Counted from the stretch's first letter, positions 1 through 13,979 are shown. The stretch: 64,000 nt of DNA from an uncultured Candidatus Rokubacteria bacterium (GCA_963747235.1 CAVVEU010000014.1:1-64000); one strand, 5' to 3'. The notes: generated by a model not told the origin, from the letters alone. Made by a program: numbers and translations.

Positions 1-266
1 TACTTGCGCTTGCCGCTCTGGGCCTTCTCTTGCGCCTGCTGCACCACCTGCTCGAGCGCCTCGCGCCGCTGCTTCTCGCTGTTGAGCTCGTCGGTGAGCT
101 GCTTGATCTTGGCCTGCACCTGGCCGCGCTCGTCGGCCAGGCGCACCTTCAGCGCCTCGATCTCCACGCTCTGGCGGCCGCCCTCCCACCAGCTCAGGGC
201 GGCCGCGCCGATGGCCAGACCGATCAGGAGCGCCAGCAGGGATCCGAATACGCTCGACCGGTTCAT
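1..266 (-). CDS. small membrane-anchored coiled-coil hypothetical protein (stop at window edge)
   Basis: Manual translation MNRSSVFGSLLALLIGLAIGAAALSWWEGG...QEKAQSGKRK then TA at the edge; GGAGG RBS upstream; not in ORF track. Confidence 0.7.
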   Translation of the reverse strand, partial: MNRSSVFGSLLALLIGLAIGAAALSWWEGGRQSVEIEALKVRLADERGQVQAKIKQLTDELNSEKQRREALEQVVQQAQEKAQSGKRK

Positions 267-292
267 GGCCGTCCTCCTCTCCCGTACGCCGC

Positions 293-2800
<2,508 letters not shown>

Positions 2801-2888
2801 AGTCCGAATCTCCTCGTTGAGCGAGTTTCGTTGAGCCAGTTCGATGAGTGGGTCAGGACGGCACGGAGGACCGCAAGCCCAACTTGCG

Positions 2889-2918
2889 GTTATACCCCAC
2901 GCGGCCCGCGCCCGTCAA
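2889..2918 (-). promoter_or_regulatory. sigma70-like promoter of hppA
   Basis: TTGACG-18nt-TATAAC on minus strand. Confidence 0.5.
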
Positions 2919-2948
2919 TTCACCGCGAACGCGGCCGCGCGCGCCGGC

Positions 2949-3203
2949 TCACTCCCGCAGGAGCCCCTCGATCTCCTCGCGGTGCACGCCGAAGCCGTCG
3001 AAGACGCGGTCGCCGATCACGACGGTGGGCACGCCGAGGCGCCCCGCGCGGGCGAAGAGGTCGAGGCTCGCGTCGGGATCCTTCCCGACGTCGCGCACGT
3101 CTACCGCCACGCCGCGGGTCTGCAAGAATGCCAGCGCGGCTTCGCCGTCGGTATTGCCTTCCATGGTGAAGAGCAGGGCCTTTTTCACCGGGGCGTCCAC
3201 CAT
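2949..3203 (-). CDS. glutaredoxin/NrdH-like protein lacking CxxC
   Basis: Grx-like pattern (DVRDV..D, GVPTVVIGDRVFDGF with cis-Pro motif); start chosen at MVDAPVKK. Confidence 0.75.
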   Translation of the reverse strand: MVDAPVKKALLFTMEGNTDGEAALAFLQTRGVAVDVRDVGKDPDASLDLFARAGRLGVPTVVIGDRVFDGFGVHREEIEGLLRE

Positions 3204-3258
3204 ACCATCTCGTCCTTGACGCTCCAATGTCCGGTTTGCTAGCATCCGCCCCCGCCAC

Positions 3259-3531
3259 ATGAGCCGGGTAGACCTCGTGACCGCGATGGCCGCGTCGAGC
3301 GGCTGGACGAAGGCAGGCGCCGATCGCGCGCTGCGCGCCTTCCTCGAGTCGGTGCGCAGCTCGCTCAAGCGCGGCCAGCCGGTGACGCTCGTGGGCTTCG
3401 GCACCTTCTCGGTGACCCGGCGCAAGCCGCGGAAAGGCAAGAACCCGCGCACCGGGCAGCCCATGCACGTGGCGGGCGGCCGGACGCCGCGCTTCAAGCC
3501 CTCCAAAGAGCTCAAGCGCGCGGTCCGTTAG
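3259..3531 (+). CDS. hup: HU family DNA-binding protein
   Basis: VTLVGFGTFSV, RKGKNPRTG, PRFKPSKELK; TTGACG-18-TAGCAT promoter upstream. Confidence 0.95.
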   Translation: MSRVDLVTAMAASSGWTKAGADRALRAFLESVRSSLKRGQPVTLVGFGTFSVTRRKPRKGKNPRTGQPMHVAGGRTPRFKPSKELKRAVR

Positions 3532-3578
3532 GGATTTTCTCTACTCGGCAAATTGGCCGCCCACGTAAGATAGGGGCA

Positions 3579-4511
3579 GTGCGCGCCATCTCCGTCCTCG
3601 CTCTCAGCGTGGTCTGCTGGCTCGTCGCAGCCCCGGCTCCCGCTCAAACCACCACGAATAGCCGGCCGCTCGCGCTGAGCGCGGAGTCCGTCCTGCTGCT
3701 CGACACCCAGGGTCGCGTGCTCTACGCCAAGAAGCCCGGCGAGGACCACGCCCCCGCGAGCCTCGTCAAGCTCATGACCCTCTACCTCGCCTGCGAGGCG
3801 CTCGACGCCGGGCGCGCGCAGTGGGAGGATCCGGTGCTGGTGAGCCACCGCGCGGCGCTCACGCCGCGCTATCGCATGGGCCTCAAGACCGGCGAGTCCG
3901 CGCCGCTGCGCACGCTGCTCGAGGGCGTCGCCATCGCCTCCGCCAACGACGCGGCCACCGCGGTGGCCGAGCATCTGGGCGGCACCGAGGAAGCCTTCGT
4001 GGCCGCCATGAACGCCAAGGCCGAGGAGCTGGGGCTCACCCATACCCACTTCGCCAACGCCCACGGCCTGCCCGATCCCTCGCAGCGCAGCACCGCGGAG
4101 GACCTGGCCCGGCTGACCCAGCGCCTGCTCGACGACTACCCGTCGTCGCGTCCCCTGCTGGGCGGCGCCACGTTCGTCTACCGCGGGCGCGTCTACAGCC
4201 GCCGCATCCCGCTCTTCCAGGACCCGGGGGGCGTCCAGGCGCTCAAGACCGGGTTCACGCGCGAGGCGGGCTACAACCTGGCCATCTCCGCGTGGAAGTC
4301 CGGCCAGCACTTCGTGCTGATCGTGCTCGGCTCGCAGACCCGGAGCCTCTCGTTCCGCGACGCGAAGACCGTGCTCCGCTACGGCTTCTACGAGACGGGC
4401 CTCGAGGTCGCGCCCCCGGCGCCGGCCCCCGCGATCAAGCGCAAGCCCCCGGTGGCCCCGCGGCGTCCGAGCGAGCGCCGGCCGCGCGCGGGGCTGCCCG
4501 GCGCGGGCTGA
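3579..4511 (+). CDS. D-alanyl-D-alanine carboxypeptidase (peptidase S11)
   Basis: Signal peptide; PASLVK (SxxK), SAN (SxN), KTG motifs. Confidence 0.93.
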   Translation: MRAISVLALSVVCWLVAAPAPAQTTTNSRPLALSAESVLLLDTQGRVLYAKKPGEDHAPASLVKLMTLYLACEALDAGRAQWEDPVLVSHRAALTPRYRMGLKTGESAPLRTLLEGVAIASANDAATAVAEHLGGTEEAFVAAMNAKAEELGLTHTHFANAHGLPDPSQRSTAEDLARLTQRLLDDYPSSRPLLGGATFVYRGRVYSRRIPLFQDPGGVQALKTGFTREAGYNLAISAWKSGQHFVLIVLGSQTRSLSFRDAKTVLRYGFYETGLEVAPPAPAPAIKRKPPVAPRRPSERRPRAGLPGAG

Positions 4512-4512
4512 G

Positions 4513-5178
4513 ATGGCGCCGCCGCGCGCCTTCGTCTTCGACGCCTACGGCACGCTCTTCGACGTCCACTCCATCGTGGACGTCGCGCGGGCCATCACCC
4601 CCGACCCATTGGCCCTCTCGCTCCTCTGGCGCCAGAAGCAGCTCGAGTACACGTGGCTCCGCTCGCTCATGGAGCGCTACGAGGACTTCTGGGTGGTGAC
4701 CGGCCAGGCCCTGCGCTACGCGATGCGCCGGCTCGGCATCACCGCCACCGAGGCCCAGGTCGAGGCGTTGATGGACGCCTATCTCACGCTGCTGCCGTTC
4801 CCGGAGGTGCCGTCGGCGCTCCGGGCGCTCGCGGGCACCCCGCTGGCCATTCTCTCCAATGGCTCGCCGCGCATGCTGGAGGGCGCGGTGCGCTCGAGCG
4901 GGCTGGACGGCGTCTTCGCCCACGTCCTCTCGGTGGACGCGGTGGCGGTCTACAAGCCGTCGCCGCGGGTCTACGAGCTGGCGCCCCTGGCGCTCGGGAT
5001 GGAGCCGGGCGAGATCCTCTTCGTGTCGTCCAACGGGTGGGACGTGGCGGGCGCGGCCGCCTTCGGCTTCCGCACCTGCTGGTGCAACCGCGCCAACGCC
5101 CCCGCCGAGGAGCTGGACGCGACGCCCGACTACGAGGTGGACCGGTTGGACGCGATCGCGGACAAGCTGGGCATCTGA
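4513..5178 (+). CDS. haloacid dehalogenase type II
   Basis: FDAYGTLFD, WRQKQLEYTW, LSNG, YKPSP, FVSSNGWDVAGA. Confidence 0.93.
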   Translation: MAPPRAFVFDAYGTLFDVHSIVDVARAITPDPLALSLLWRQKQLEYTWLRSLMERYEDFWVVTGQALRYAMRRLGITATEAQVEALMDAYLTLLPFPEVPSALRALAGTPLAILSNGSPRMLEGAVRSSGLDGVFAHVLSVDAVAVYKPSPRVYELAPLALGMEPGEILFVSSNGWDVAGAAAFGFRTCWCNRANAPAEELDATPDYEVDRLDAIADKLGI

Positions 5179-5257
5179 CGATCGCGGACTGTCATGCGGC
5201 GGAGCGTCCTGGGGCGCCGGGCGGGGTCAGGACGATCCGCTCGCTGCGTACGGGGTC

Positions 5258-5419
5258 TTACTTCTTGGCCAGACGCTTCCGCTTCACGTAGGCCCAGATC
5301 TTCTTGGTCATCTCCGAGGGGCCGATGGGCGTCTTGCCCATGACCGACTCGAGCGTGTCGCTGCAGCCCTTGAAGTTGATGGAATACCCGCCAAACGCCA
5401 GCTTCTTCTTGGCAGCCAT
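5258..5419 (-). CDS. 53-aa SWIB/MDM2-like basic protein
   Basis: MAAKKKLAFGGYSINFKGCSDTLESVMGKTPIGPSEMTKKIWAYVKRKRLAKK; GGAGG RBS; GC3-rich codons; below ORF-track cutoff. Confidence 0.75.
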   Translation of the reverse strand: MAAKKKLAFGGYSINFKGCSDTLESVMGKTPIGPSEMTKKIWAYVKRKRLAKK

Positions 5420-5595
5420 TCGTCATTCCTCCCTCGTTAGGTTATTGAGGCTCCTGCCCGGCGCCCCCCGAAACGGTCGAGGGTATTATGGCCGGACTCC
5501 GAGGGAGAGAAAAGGGAAAAATACAATCCCTAGGGGGTCTCCACGAGGGAAAGACTACCCCGTGGGGGTATACCCCCGGGGGGTCCCCCCACCCC

Positions 5596-6741
5596 TCAGC
5601 GCCGCCCCGTGAAGGCCGGCATCACGTCCCGCGCGAACCAGCGGAGCTGCTCCTTGAACTCGGCGGGCGGGATGCCTTCGGCCCAGTGGATCATGCACTG
5701 ATCGAGCCCCGGATAGCGGGCCTCGATCTCGCGGATCGTCTCGATCACCTCGGCCGGACGGCCCACGAGCCACGCCTTCTGCTCGACGCCCTCGCGCAGC
5801 GTCGGCACGCGGGCGGGCGCGCCCGGCGTGCCCCAGGACCGCCCCTCCTCGTCGGCGTAGCGGACGAAGCCGAAGGGCGCGAACCACTTGTACCGCTCGT
5901 CGTGGGCGGGCTCGAGGCGGCGGATCGCTTCCTCGCGCGAGTCGGCCAGGTAGAGGCCCACGCCCCAGCAGAGATCCTCCCCGAGCTCCTTGGGCCGCCC
6001 GTGGCGCACGCAGGCGTCGCGGTAGGCCCGCGCGACCTGGTCGAGCACCTTCTCGCCGTTGAGCGTCACCATGGCCTTGAGCCCCATGCGGCCCATGTAG
6101 TCGATCGTCTTGCCGCTCGCGATCGGCATCCAGATCTCGACGGGGCGGTGGATCGGGCGCGGCACGCAGGTCACCTCGCGCAGCCGGTAGCCGCGGTAGT
6201 CCACGTCGGGCGGGATCACGTAGTGCTTGCCCCGGTGGCTCCACGATTCCTCGTTGAAGCACTTGAGCAGGACCTCCATCTGCTCCTCGAACAGCTCCCG
6301 GTTGGCCGCCGCGTCGAGCAGGGGCGCCCCGAGCGACTCGACCTCGCGGGTGTGGTAGCCGCGGCCCACGCCCATGATGACGCGCCCGTCGGTGACGATG
6401 TCGGCCATCGCGTAGTCCTCGGCCAGCCGCACCGGGTGCCACATGGGCAGGATATTGAAGGCGCAGCCGAGCTTGAGACGCCGCGTCTGGGTGGCGAGCC
6501 ACGTCGAGAGCATCACGAGGTTCGGCAGCACCTCGTAGCCTTCCTTCTGGAAGTGGTGCTCGGCCGTCCACAGGCAGTAGTAGCCGAGCTCGTCCATGAG
6601 CTGGGCCACTTCCTTGGAGGTCTGGAACGCCTCGATCAGGCGCTCGTTCGGATACGCGCGCTGCTCGGTCGGCGTTCCGTTGATGCCGACGTTCTCCAGC
6701 TCGATCTGCCCCACGTAGAGGACCGAGAATTTCGTGATCAC
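5596..6741 (-). CDS. LLM class flavin-dependent oxidoreductase (luciferase-like)
   Basis: LWTAEHHF, HPVRLAEDYAMAD, GRVIMGVGRGY; GTG start overlaps SDR stop (GTGA). Confidence 0.9.
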   Translation of the reverse strand: MITKFSVLYVGQIELENVGINGTPTEQRAYPNERLIEAFQTSKEVAQLMDELGYYCLWTAEHHFQKEGYEVLPNLVMLSTWLATQTRRLKLGCAFNILPMWHPVRLAEDYAMADIVTDGRVIMGVGRGYHTREVESLGAPLLDAAANRELFEEQMEVLLKCFNEESWSHRGKHYVIPPDVDYRGYRLREVTCVPRPIHRPVEIWMPIASGKTIDYMGRMGLKAMVTLNGEKVLDQVARAYRDACVRHGRPKELGEDLCWGVGLYLADSREEAIRRLEPAHDERYKWFAPFGFVRYADEEGRSWGTPGAPARVPTLREGVEQKAWLVGRPAEVIETIREIEARYPGLDQCMIHWAEGIPPAEFKEQLRWFARDVMPAFTGRR

Positions 6742-7529
6742 TTGGCTCTCCAGCCTCCGTCGACCACCATCGAGTGTCCGGTGATGTAGCCCGCTTCGTC
6801 CGAGGCCAGGTAGCAGACCGCGGAGGCGATCTCCTCCACCGTGCCGCGCCGTCCCGCCGGGGTGATCTTCTGCACCGCCGCGTCGTCCACCGCGATGCCG
6901 CGGCCGCTCATGTCCGGCACGCCCGGGCCCAGGATCTGCTGGGAGTGCGCCCGGAGCCCGGTCAGGATCGGCCCGGGGCAGACCGCGTTGATCGTGATGC
7001 CGCGGGCCGAGTAGGTCACCGCCATCTGGCGCGTCAGCCCGACCACGCCGTGCTTGGACGCGACGTAGGCCGCGCCGCCGCCGGTGCCGTTGAGCCCGGC
7101 CACCGAGGCCATGTTGATGATGCGGCCGCGCCCGCGCGGCAGCATCTCCTTGAGGGCGCGCTTGCAGCCGAGGAAGACGCCGGTCAGGTTGATCCCGATC
7201 ACCCGGGCCCAGACCGCGTCGTCGGTCTCGTCCACGTTGAAGTAGCCGTCGAGGATGCCCGCGTTGTTCACCATGATGTCGAGCGCGCCGAGCTGGCTCA
7301 CCGCGGTGGTCACCGCGCGGTCCACGTCCGCCGCCGCGCTGGTGTCCGCCTGGACGCCGAGCGCCTTGCCCCCCGTGCCCATGAGCAGGCGCGCCGTCTC
7401 CGCCGCGCTGGCGCCGTCGATGTCCACCGCGGCCACCCGCGCACCGCGGGCCGCCAGCGCCTGGGCGATCCCGCGCCCGATCCCCGAGCCCGCCCCCGTC
7501 ACCACCGCCACCTTGTCCTGTAGGTCCAC
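6738..7529 (-). CDS. SDR family oxidoreductase
   Basis: TGAGSGIG, VNNAG, YVASK (YxxxK), INAVCPG, VDGG. Confidence 0.95.
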   Translation of the reverse strand: MDLQDKVAVVTGAGSGIGRGIAQALAARGARVAAVDIDGASAAETARLLMGTGGKALGVQADTSAAADVDRAVTTAVSQLGALDIMVNNAGILDGYFNVDETDDAVWARVIGINLTGVFLGCKRALKEMLPRGRGRIINMASVAGLNGTGGGAAYVASKHGVVGLTRQMAVTYSARGITINAVCPGPILTGLRAHSQQILGPGVPDMSGRGIAVDDAAVQKITPAGRRGTVEEIASAVCYLASDEAGYITGHSMVVDGGWRAK

Positions 7530-7543
7530 CGTTCCCCCCGAAT

Positions 7544-7606
7544 GGGGTCAGGTCTTGAAATACGACATCGCACCGCGGCAAATGTCGTATTTCAAGACCT
7601 GACCCC
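7544..7606. repeat. perfect 25-bp inverted repeat (REP/REPIN-like)
   Basis: GGGGTCAGGTCTTGAAATACGACAT-13nt-ATGTCGTATTTCAAGACCTGACCCC. Confidence 0.9.
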
Positions 7607-7609
7607 GGT

Positions 7610-9232
7610 CTAGATTGCCAGGGCGTAGCCGTCGCGGCGGGGGTCGGCGCCCGCCATCAGCGCGCCCGACTCCGGATCGCGCGCGACCCCCTGCCCGCCG
7701 CCCACCACCCACGACCAGTCGTCGATGGTATTGATCTGATGCCCGCGCCGACCGAGCTCCGCGCGGGTCTCCTCGGCGACGCGTGACTCGGCATCCACCA
7801 ACCGGTCGCGATAGACGCGGATACGTGGCGCCTCGATGGCCTCCTGCAGGTTGAGCCCGAACTCCAGGAAGTTGAGCAGCATCTGCGGCTGCGTCTGGAG
7901 GATGCCGTAGGAGCCGGGCGTGCCGATGCTGAGCGCGAAGGCACCGTCCTGGAACACCTGGGTCGGCGACATCATCGTGCCCGCCTTGCGGCCCGGCTTC
8001 ACCACGTTGGGCGAGGCCGGATCGCGATCGCTCCACTTGAGGATGTTGTTCAGCACGAGCCCGGTGCCCGGCACCGCGAAGCCCGAGCCGAACGGCGCGC
8101 CGAGCGTCTGGGTCACCGAGACGACCATGCCCTCGGCGTCCGCGCACGCGAAGTGGGTGGTCTGCTCGTTCTCGAAGCGCGCCGGGTGGCCCTCGCTGAT
8201 CTGGCCCGCGAGCTTCTCCGGGTTGTGCCGCTCGCCCTCGCTCACCGCCGCCCGCGCCGGGTCGATGCGCGCGCGCTGCGAGGCCGCGTAGGCCTTCGAC
8301 ACCAGGCCCTCGATCGGGGCGTTCCCCGAATAGGCGTAGGCGAGCCGGTCCGCCGAGCCGATCTTGATCGCCTCGATCAGGTGATGGAGATAGTCGGGCG
8401 AGTTGTGCCCCCAGCCCGCCACGTCGTAGCCCTCGAGGATGTTCAGCGTCTCCAGCATCTGGAAGGCGGAGAAGGGCGGCGGGACCGAGCAGACCTCGCG
8501 CCCGCGATACGTGATGGACAGCGGCTGACGCCACTCGGGCTTGAACGCGGCCAGGTCCGCCTCGGAGAGCCAGCCGCCCGCCTCGGTCACCGCGCGGGCG
8601 ATCGCCTTCGCGATCGGGCCGCGGTAGAAGACCTCCGCGCCGCCCTCCGCGACCTGCCGGAACGTCGCGGCCAGCTCCTTGTACGTGACGATCTTGCCCG
8701 GGCGCGGCCCGCCGTTGCCGAGATAGAGCCGGCCCGCCTCGGCGGAGCGGCCGAGCGTGGCCCGCGCCTGCTCGAAGAACTTCACGCTGGCGAAGGTCAG
8801 CGGCACCCCGTTCTCGGCCAGCTCGATGGCGGGCGCCAGCACGCGCGCCCGCGGCATGCTGCCGAAGCGCTCGAGCGCGGCCATCCAGCCGCCCAGGTTG
8901 CCGGGCGTCGCGCAGGCCTTCGGGCCGCCCGCCAGCTCGTCCTCGGTGCACTTGGCGGCGTCGGCCGCGAGCGGGGCGGGTCCGATGAAGTCCAGCACGT
9001 GACGCTCGCGCGGGCGCGCCTTCGAGATGAACATGAGACCGATGCCGCCCGCGCTCGACATGAACGGCTCGACCACGTTCAAGGTCGAGCCGATGGCCAC
9101 CGCGGCGTCCACCGCGTTGCCGCCCTCGAGCAGCACGCGGATGCCGGCCATGGAGGCGAGCGGATGGGCCGAGGCGACGGCGCCGCGAGTACCCATGACG
9201 GTCGGACGATACGCGTGACGGTGCGGGGGCAT
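7610..9232 (-). CDS. ggt: gamma-glutamyltransferase
   Basis: GGNAVDAAVA, catalytic TTHF, FGSG..VPGTGLVLNN, GADPRRDG; GGAGGAG RBS before MPPHRH. Confidence 0.93.
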   Translation of the reverse strand: MPPHRHAYRPTVMGTRGAVASAHPLASMAGIRVLLEGGNAVDAAVAIGSTLNVVEPFMSSAGGIGLMFISKARPRERHVLDFIGPAPLAADAAKCTEDELAGGPKACATPGNLGGWMAALERFGSMPRARVLAPAIELAENGVPLTFASVKFFEQARATLGRSAEAGRLYLGNGGPRPGKIVTYKELAATFRQVAEGGAEVFYRGPIAKAIARAVTEAGGWLSEADLAAFKPEWRQPLSITYRGREVCSVPPPFSAFQMLETLNILEGYDVAGWGHNSPDYLHHLIEAIKIGSADRLAYAYSGNAPIEGLVSKAYAASQRARIDPARAAVSEGERHNPEKLAGQISEGHPARFENEQTTHFACADAEGMVVSVTQTLGAPFGSGFAVPGTGLVLNNILKWSDRDPASPNVVKPGRKAGTMMSPTQVFQDGAFALSIGTPGSYGILQTQPQMLLNFLEFGLNLQEAIEAPRIRVYRDRLVDAESRVAEETRAELGRRGHQINTIDDWSWVVGGGQGVARDPESGALMAGADPRRDGYALAI

Positions 9233-9284
9233 GTGGTCTCCTCCGGAGATGGAGTCGTTGCCCGCATGGTAGGCTCTAGCCCGG

Positions 9285-9668
9285 ATGGACGCAAGAAGCC
9301 CCGAGCTCGCGCGCGCCAAGTACATGTACGTCACGACCTACAGCCAGGCGGGAAAGCCCGGCACGGTCCCCACGTGGCTCTGGCCGCACGAGGACGCGAT
9401 CTACTTCACGACGAAGCGCGACAGCGTCAAGGCGCGGCGGATCCGGAACAACGGGCGCGTGACCGTTCACGTGGGCACCAAGGACGGCCCGGCCTTCGAG
9501 GGGCGGGCCGAGTGGGTGGACGACCGGCCCGATCTCGAAGCGGCGCTGCTGGCGATCTATCGCCGGCAGTACTGGGTGCTGGTCCCGCTGTTCATGGGCC
9601 GCTACATCCGCAAGGGCCTGGCCGCGAAGACCAGCGTGCTGATCCGCATCACGCCCCTGCCGCGCTGA
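9285..9668 (+). CDS. pyridoxamine 5'-phosphate oxidase (PPOX/split-barrel) family protein
   Basis: YVTTYSQAGKP..VPTW, SVKARRIRNNGRV. Confidence 0.8.
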   Translation: MDARSPELARAKYMYVTTYSQAGKPGTVPTWLWPHEDAIYFTTKRDSVKARRIRNNGRVTVHVGTKDGPAFEGRAEWVDDRPDLEAALLAIYRRQYWVLVPLFMGRYIRKGLAAKTSVLIRITPLPR

Positions 9669-9680
9669 CCGCGCGGCGCC

Positions 9681-11449
<1,769 letters not shown>

Positions 11450-11457
11450 CGGTCGCG

Positions 11458-11496
11458 CCCCCTCACCCTGCCCTCTCCCCCTCCGGGGGAGAGGGG
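11458..11496. repeat. intergenic palindromic element (CCCCTCACCCTGCCCTCTCCCCC..GGGGGAGAGGG family)
   Basis: 11-bp stem ccctctccccc/gggggagaggg; second copy at 37675-37713. Confidence 0.85.
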
Positions 11497-11507
11497 GAGC
11501 CGGAGCC

Positions 11508-12941
11508 ATGGCGCATTCGCGGACTACGAGCAGTACGACGCCCTCGGGCTGGCCGATCTGGTCAGGCGCGGCAAGGTGACGCCCACCCGAGCTTCTCGAG
11601 GCGGCCATCGAGCGGGTCGAGGCGCGCAACCCGGCGGTGAACGCGGTCATCATGCCGCTCTACGACCACGGGCGGCGGGCGATCGCCGACGGGCTACCCG
11701 ACGGGCCGCTCCGCGGCGTCCCGTTTCTCCTGAAGGACCTCGGCGCGCCCCTGACCGGGGAGCGGATGACGCGCGGTAGCCGCTTCTTCGCCGACACGCC
11801 GCCCTCCACCTTCGACAGCGAGAACGTGGCCCGCCTCAAGCGGGCCGGCCTCGTGATCTTCGGGCGCACCAATAGCTGCGAGGTCGGGCTCTCGCTCACC
11901 TGCGAGCCCCAGCTCTACGGGCCCACTCGCAACCCGTGGGACCACACCCGGATCTCCTCCGGCTCGAGCGGCGGGGCCGCCGCCGCGGTGGGCGCGCGCA
12001 TGCTGCCGATGGCGCACGCCAGCGACGGCTTCGGCTCCATCCGCGCCCCCGCCGCGAGCTGCGGGCTGGTCGGGCTCAAGCCCACGCGCGGGCGCAACAC
12101 CTTCGCGCCGGTGACCGGCGAGGGCCTGGGCGGCGCCTCCACCGAGCACGCGGTCACGCTCTCGGTGCGTGACAGCGCGGCGCTGCTCGACGCCACCTGC
12201 GGCCCCGGGCCGGGCGATCCGTACTCCGCGCCGCCGCCCGCCCGGCCCTATCTGGACGAGGTCGCGGCCACGCCGCGGCCCCTGCGCATCGCCTACACCA
12301 CCGTCACCCCCAACGGCGCGGACGTCGCGCCCGAGAGCCTCGCGACCCTGCGCGACACCGTACGACTCTGCGCCGAGCTCGGGCATCACGTCGAGGAGGC
12401 CAATCCCGAGATCGAGCGGGGCGCGGTGATCCCGACGTTCATCACGCTGGCCGCGGTCAACACGGTGGTGAACCTCTCGACGCATCCGACCGCGGGGCGA
12501 CCCGCCCGCGAAGGCGAGGTGGAGACGGTCACCTGGAACACCGCGAAGCTCGGGGAGCGCACCAGCTCGGCCGACTACGTGCGGGCGACGCAGACCGCCC
12601 ACCGGCTGGGCCGGCAGATGGCCGCCTTCCACCGGCACTACGACGTGCTGCTGACGCCGGGCCTGGGTCAGCTCCCGGTGAAGCTCGGCTGGATCGACAT
12701 GATGATGGACGACGTCGAGGAATACTGGCGGCGCGTGTTCACGTTCTCGCCGTTCACGGTGTGGTTCAACCTCACCGGCCAGCCCGCGATGATGCTGCCG
12801 ATCGGCCACGCCGCGAGCGGGCTGCCGGTGGCGGTCCAGCTCGTCGCCCGCTACGGCGACGAGGCCACCCTCTTCCGCCTCGGCGCTCAGCTCGAGGCGG
12901 CCCGGCCCTGGTTCGCCCGCAAGCCCGCCCTCGCCTCCTAG
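11508..12941 (+). CDS. amidase (5' end frameshifted, probably sequencing indels)
   Basis: [24 protein letters not shown]; N-terminal [21 protein letters not shown] lies in other frames from ATG 11508. Confidence 0.88.
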
Positions 12942-12947
12942 GCCCGC

Positions 12948-13979
12948 CTACTTCGGGAGGGAGGCGACCAGCGGCTCGAGGTTCTTCGGGTCGGGCTTGA
13001 GCGCGCCGACACCGTGCTGCCGCACCGCCGCCACCACCGCGTCGTTGACCGGCGTGGGGACGCCGAGCCGCTTGCCCTGCTGGCTCACGTAGCCGTTCAG
13101 GTAGTCGATCTCGGTGCGCCGCCCCTTCATCACGTCCTGGAGCATGGACGGCCGCCCGCCGGTCAGGAACTTCACGCTCGCGGCCATGTCGGCCTCGACC
13201 GCGTCCCAGCCCTTCCCCTGGGCCGCGTCCACGAAGCGCCGCGCGTCGATGCCGTAGATGGGCTCGACCTCGTAGCCGGCGGCGCGTCCGACCTGGATCA
13301 CCTCCGCGGCCACGTGGATCGCGATACGGCGCGGGATCGGGGCGGTGCGCACCTCCGCCGAGCCCAGCCCGCTCAGCCCGGCCAGCGGGTTGGCCATGCA
13401 GTTGACCGCCAGCTTGGACCAGCGCTCGCCCCACAGGTTGGTCGTCACCTTGGTGCCGGCCACGTCGTTCATCACCTTGGCGAGCGCCTGGGCCCGCGGC
13501 GTGTCCTTCCCGTCGTGCTCGCCGATCTTGAAGCCGATGCTGCCGGAGTCGGTGCGCATGGCGTGGCCGGGCTCGTACATGCCGGCGCCGATCGTGATCA
13601 CGCAGCCGAGGCAGCGCGACTTGCCCACCACCGAGGCCACCCGCTCGTCGTTGACCCCGTTCTGGAAGTCCACCACCACCCCGTCGGGCTGCTTGAGATA
13701 GGCCAGCGCCATCTGGGCCGCCCACTCGGTGTCATAGGATTTCACCGACACGAAGACCGCCTCGAACGGCGTCGCCACGCCCTGCAGCTCGTGGATGTGG
13801 AGCGCCTTGACCGGGATCGTGTACTCCCCGCAGGTCCCGCTCAGCTTGAGCCCGCGGCTCTTCATGGTCTCGATGTGCTCGGGCCACTGGTCCACGAGCG
13901 TGACGTCGTGCCCGGCCTTGGTGAGGAGCCCTCCGACCACGCAACCGATGGCGCCTGCCCCGATGATCCCGATCCTCAT
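12948..13979 (-). CDS. panE: ketopantoate reductase family protein
   Basis: MRIGIIGAGAIG, VKSYD, FQNG, WSKLAVN, SMLQDV..GRRTEIDYLNG. Confidence 0.85.
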   Translation of the reverse strand: MRIGIIGAGAIGCVVGGLLTKAGHDVTLVDQWPEHIETMKSRGLKLSGTCGEYTIPVKALHIHELQGVATPFEAVFVSVKSYDTEWAAQMALAYLKQPDGVVVDFQNGVNDERVASVVGKSRCLGCVITIGAGMYEPGHAMRTDSGSIGFKIGEHDGKDTPRAQALAKVMNDVAGTKVTTNLWGERWSKLAVNCMANPLAGLSGLGSAEVRTAPIPRRIAIHVAAEVIQVGRAAGYEVEPIYGIDARRFVDAAQGKGWDAVEADMAASVKFLTGGRPSMLQDVMKGRRTEIDYLNGYVSQQGKRLGVPTPVNDAVVAAVRQHGVGALKPDPKNLEPLVASLPK

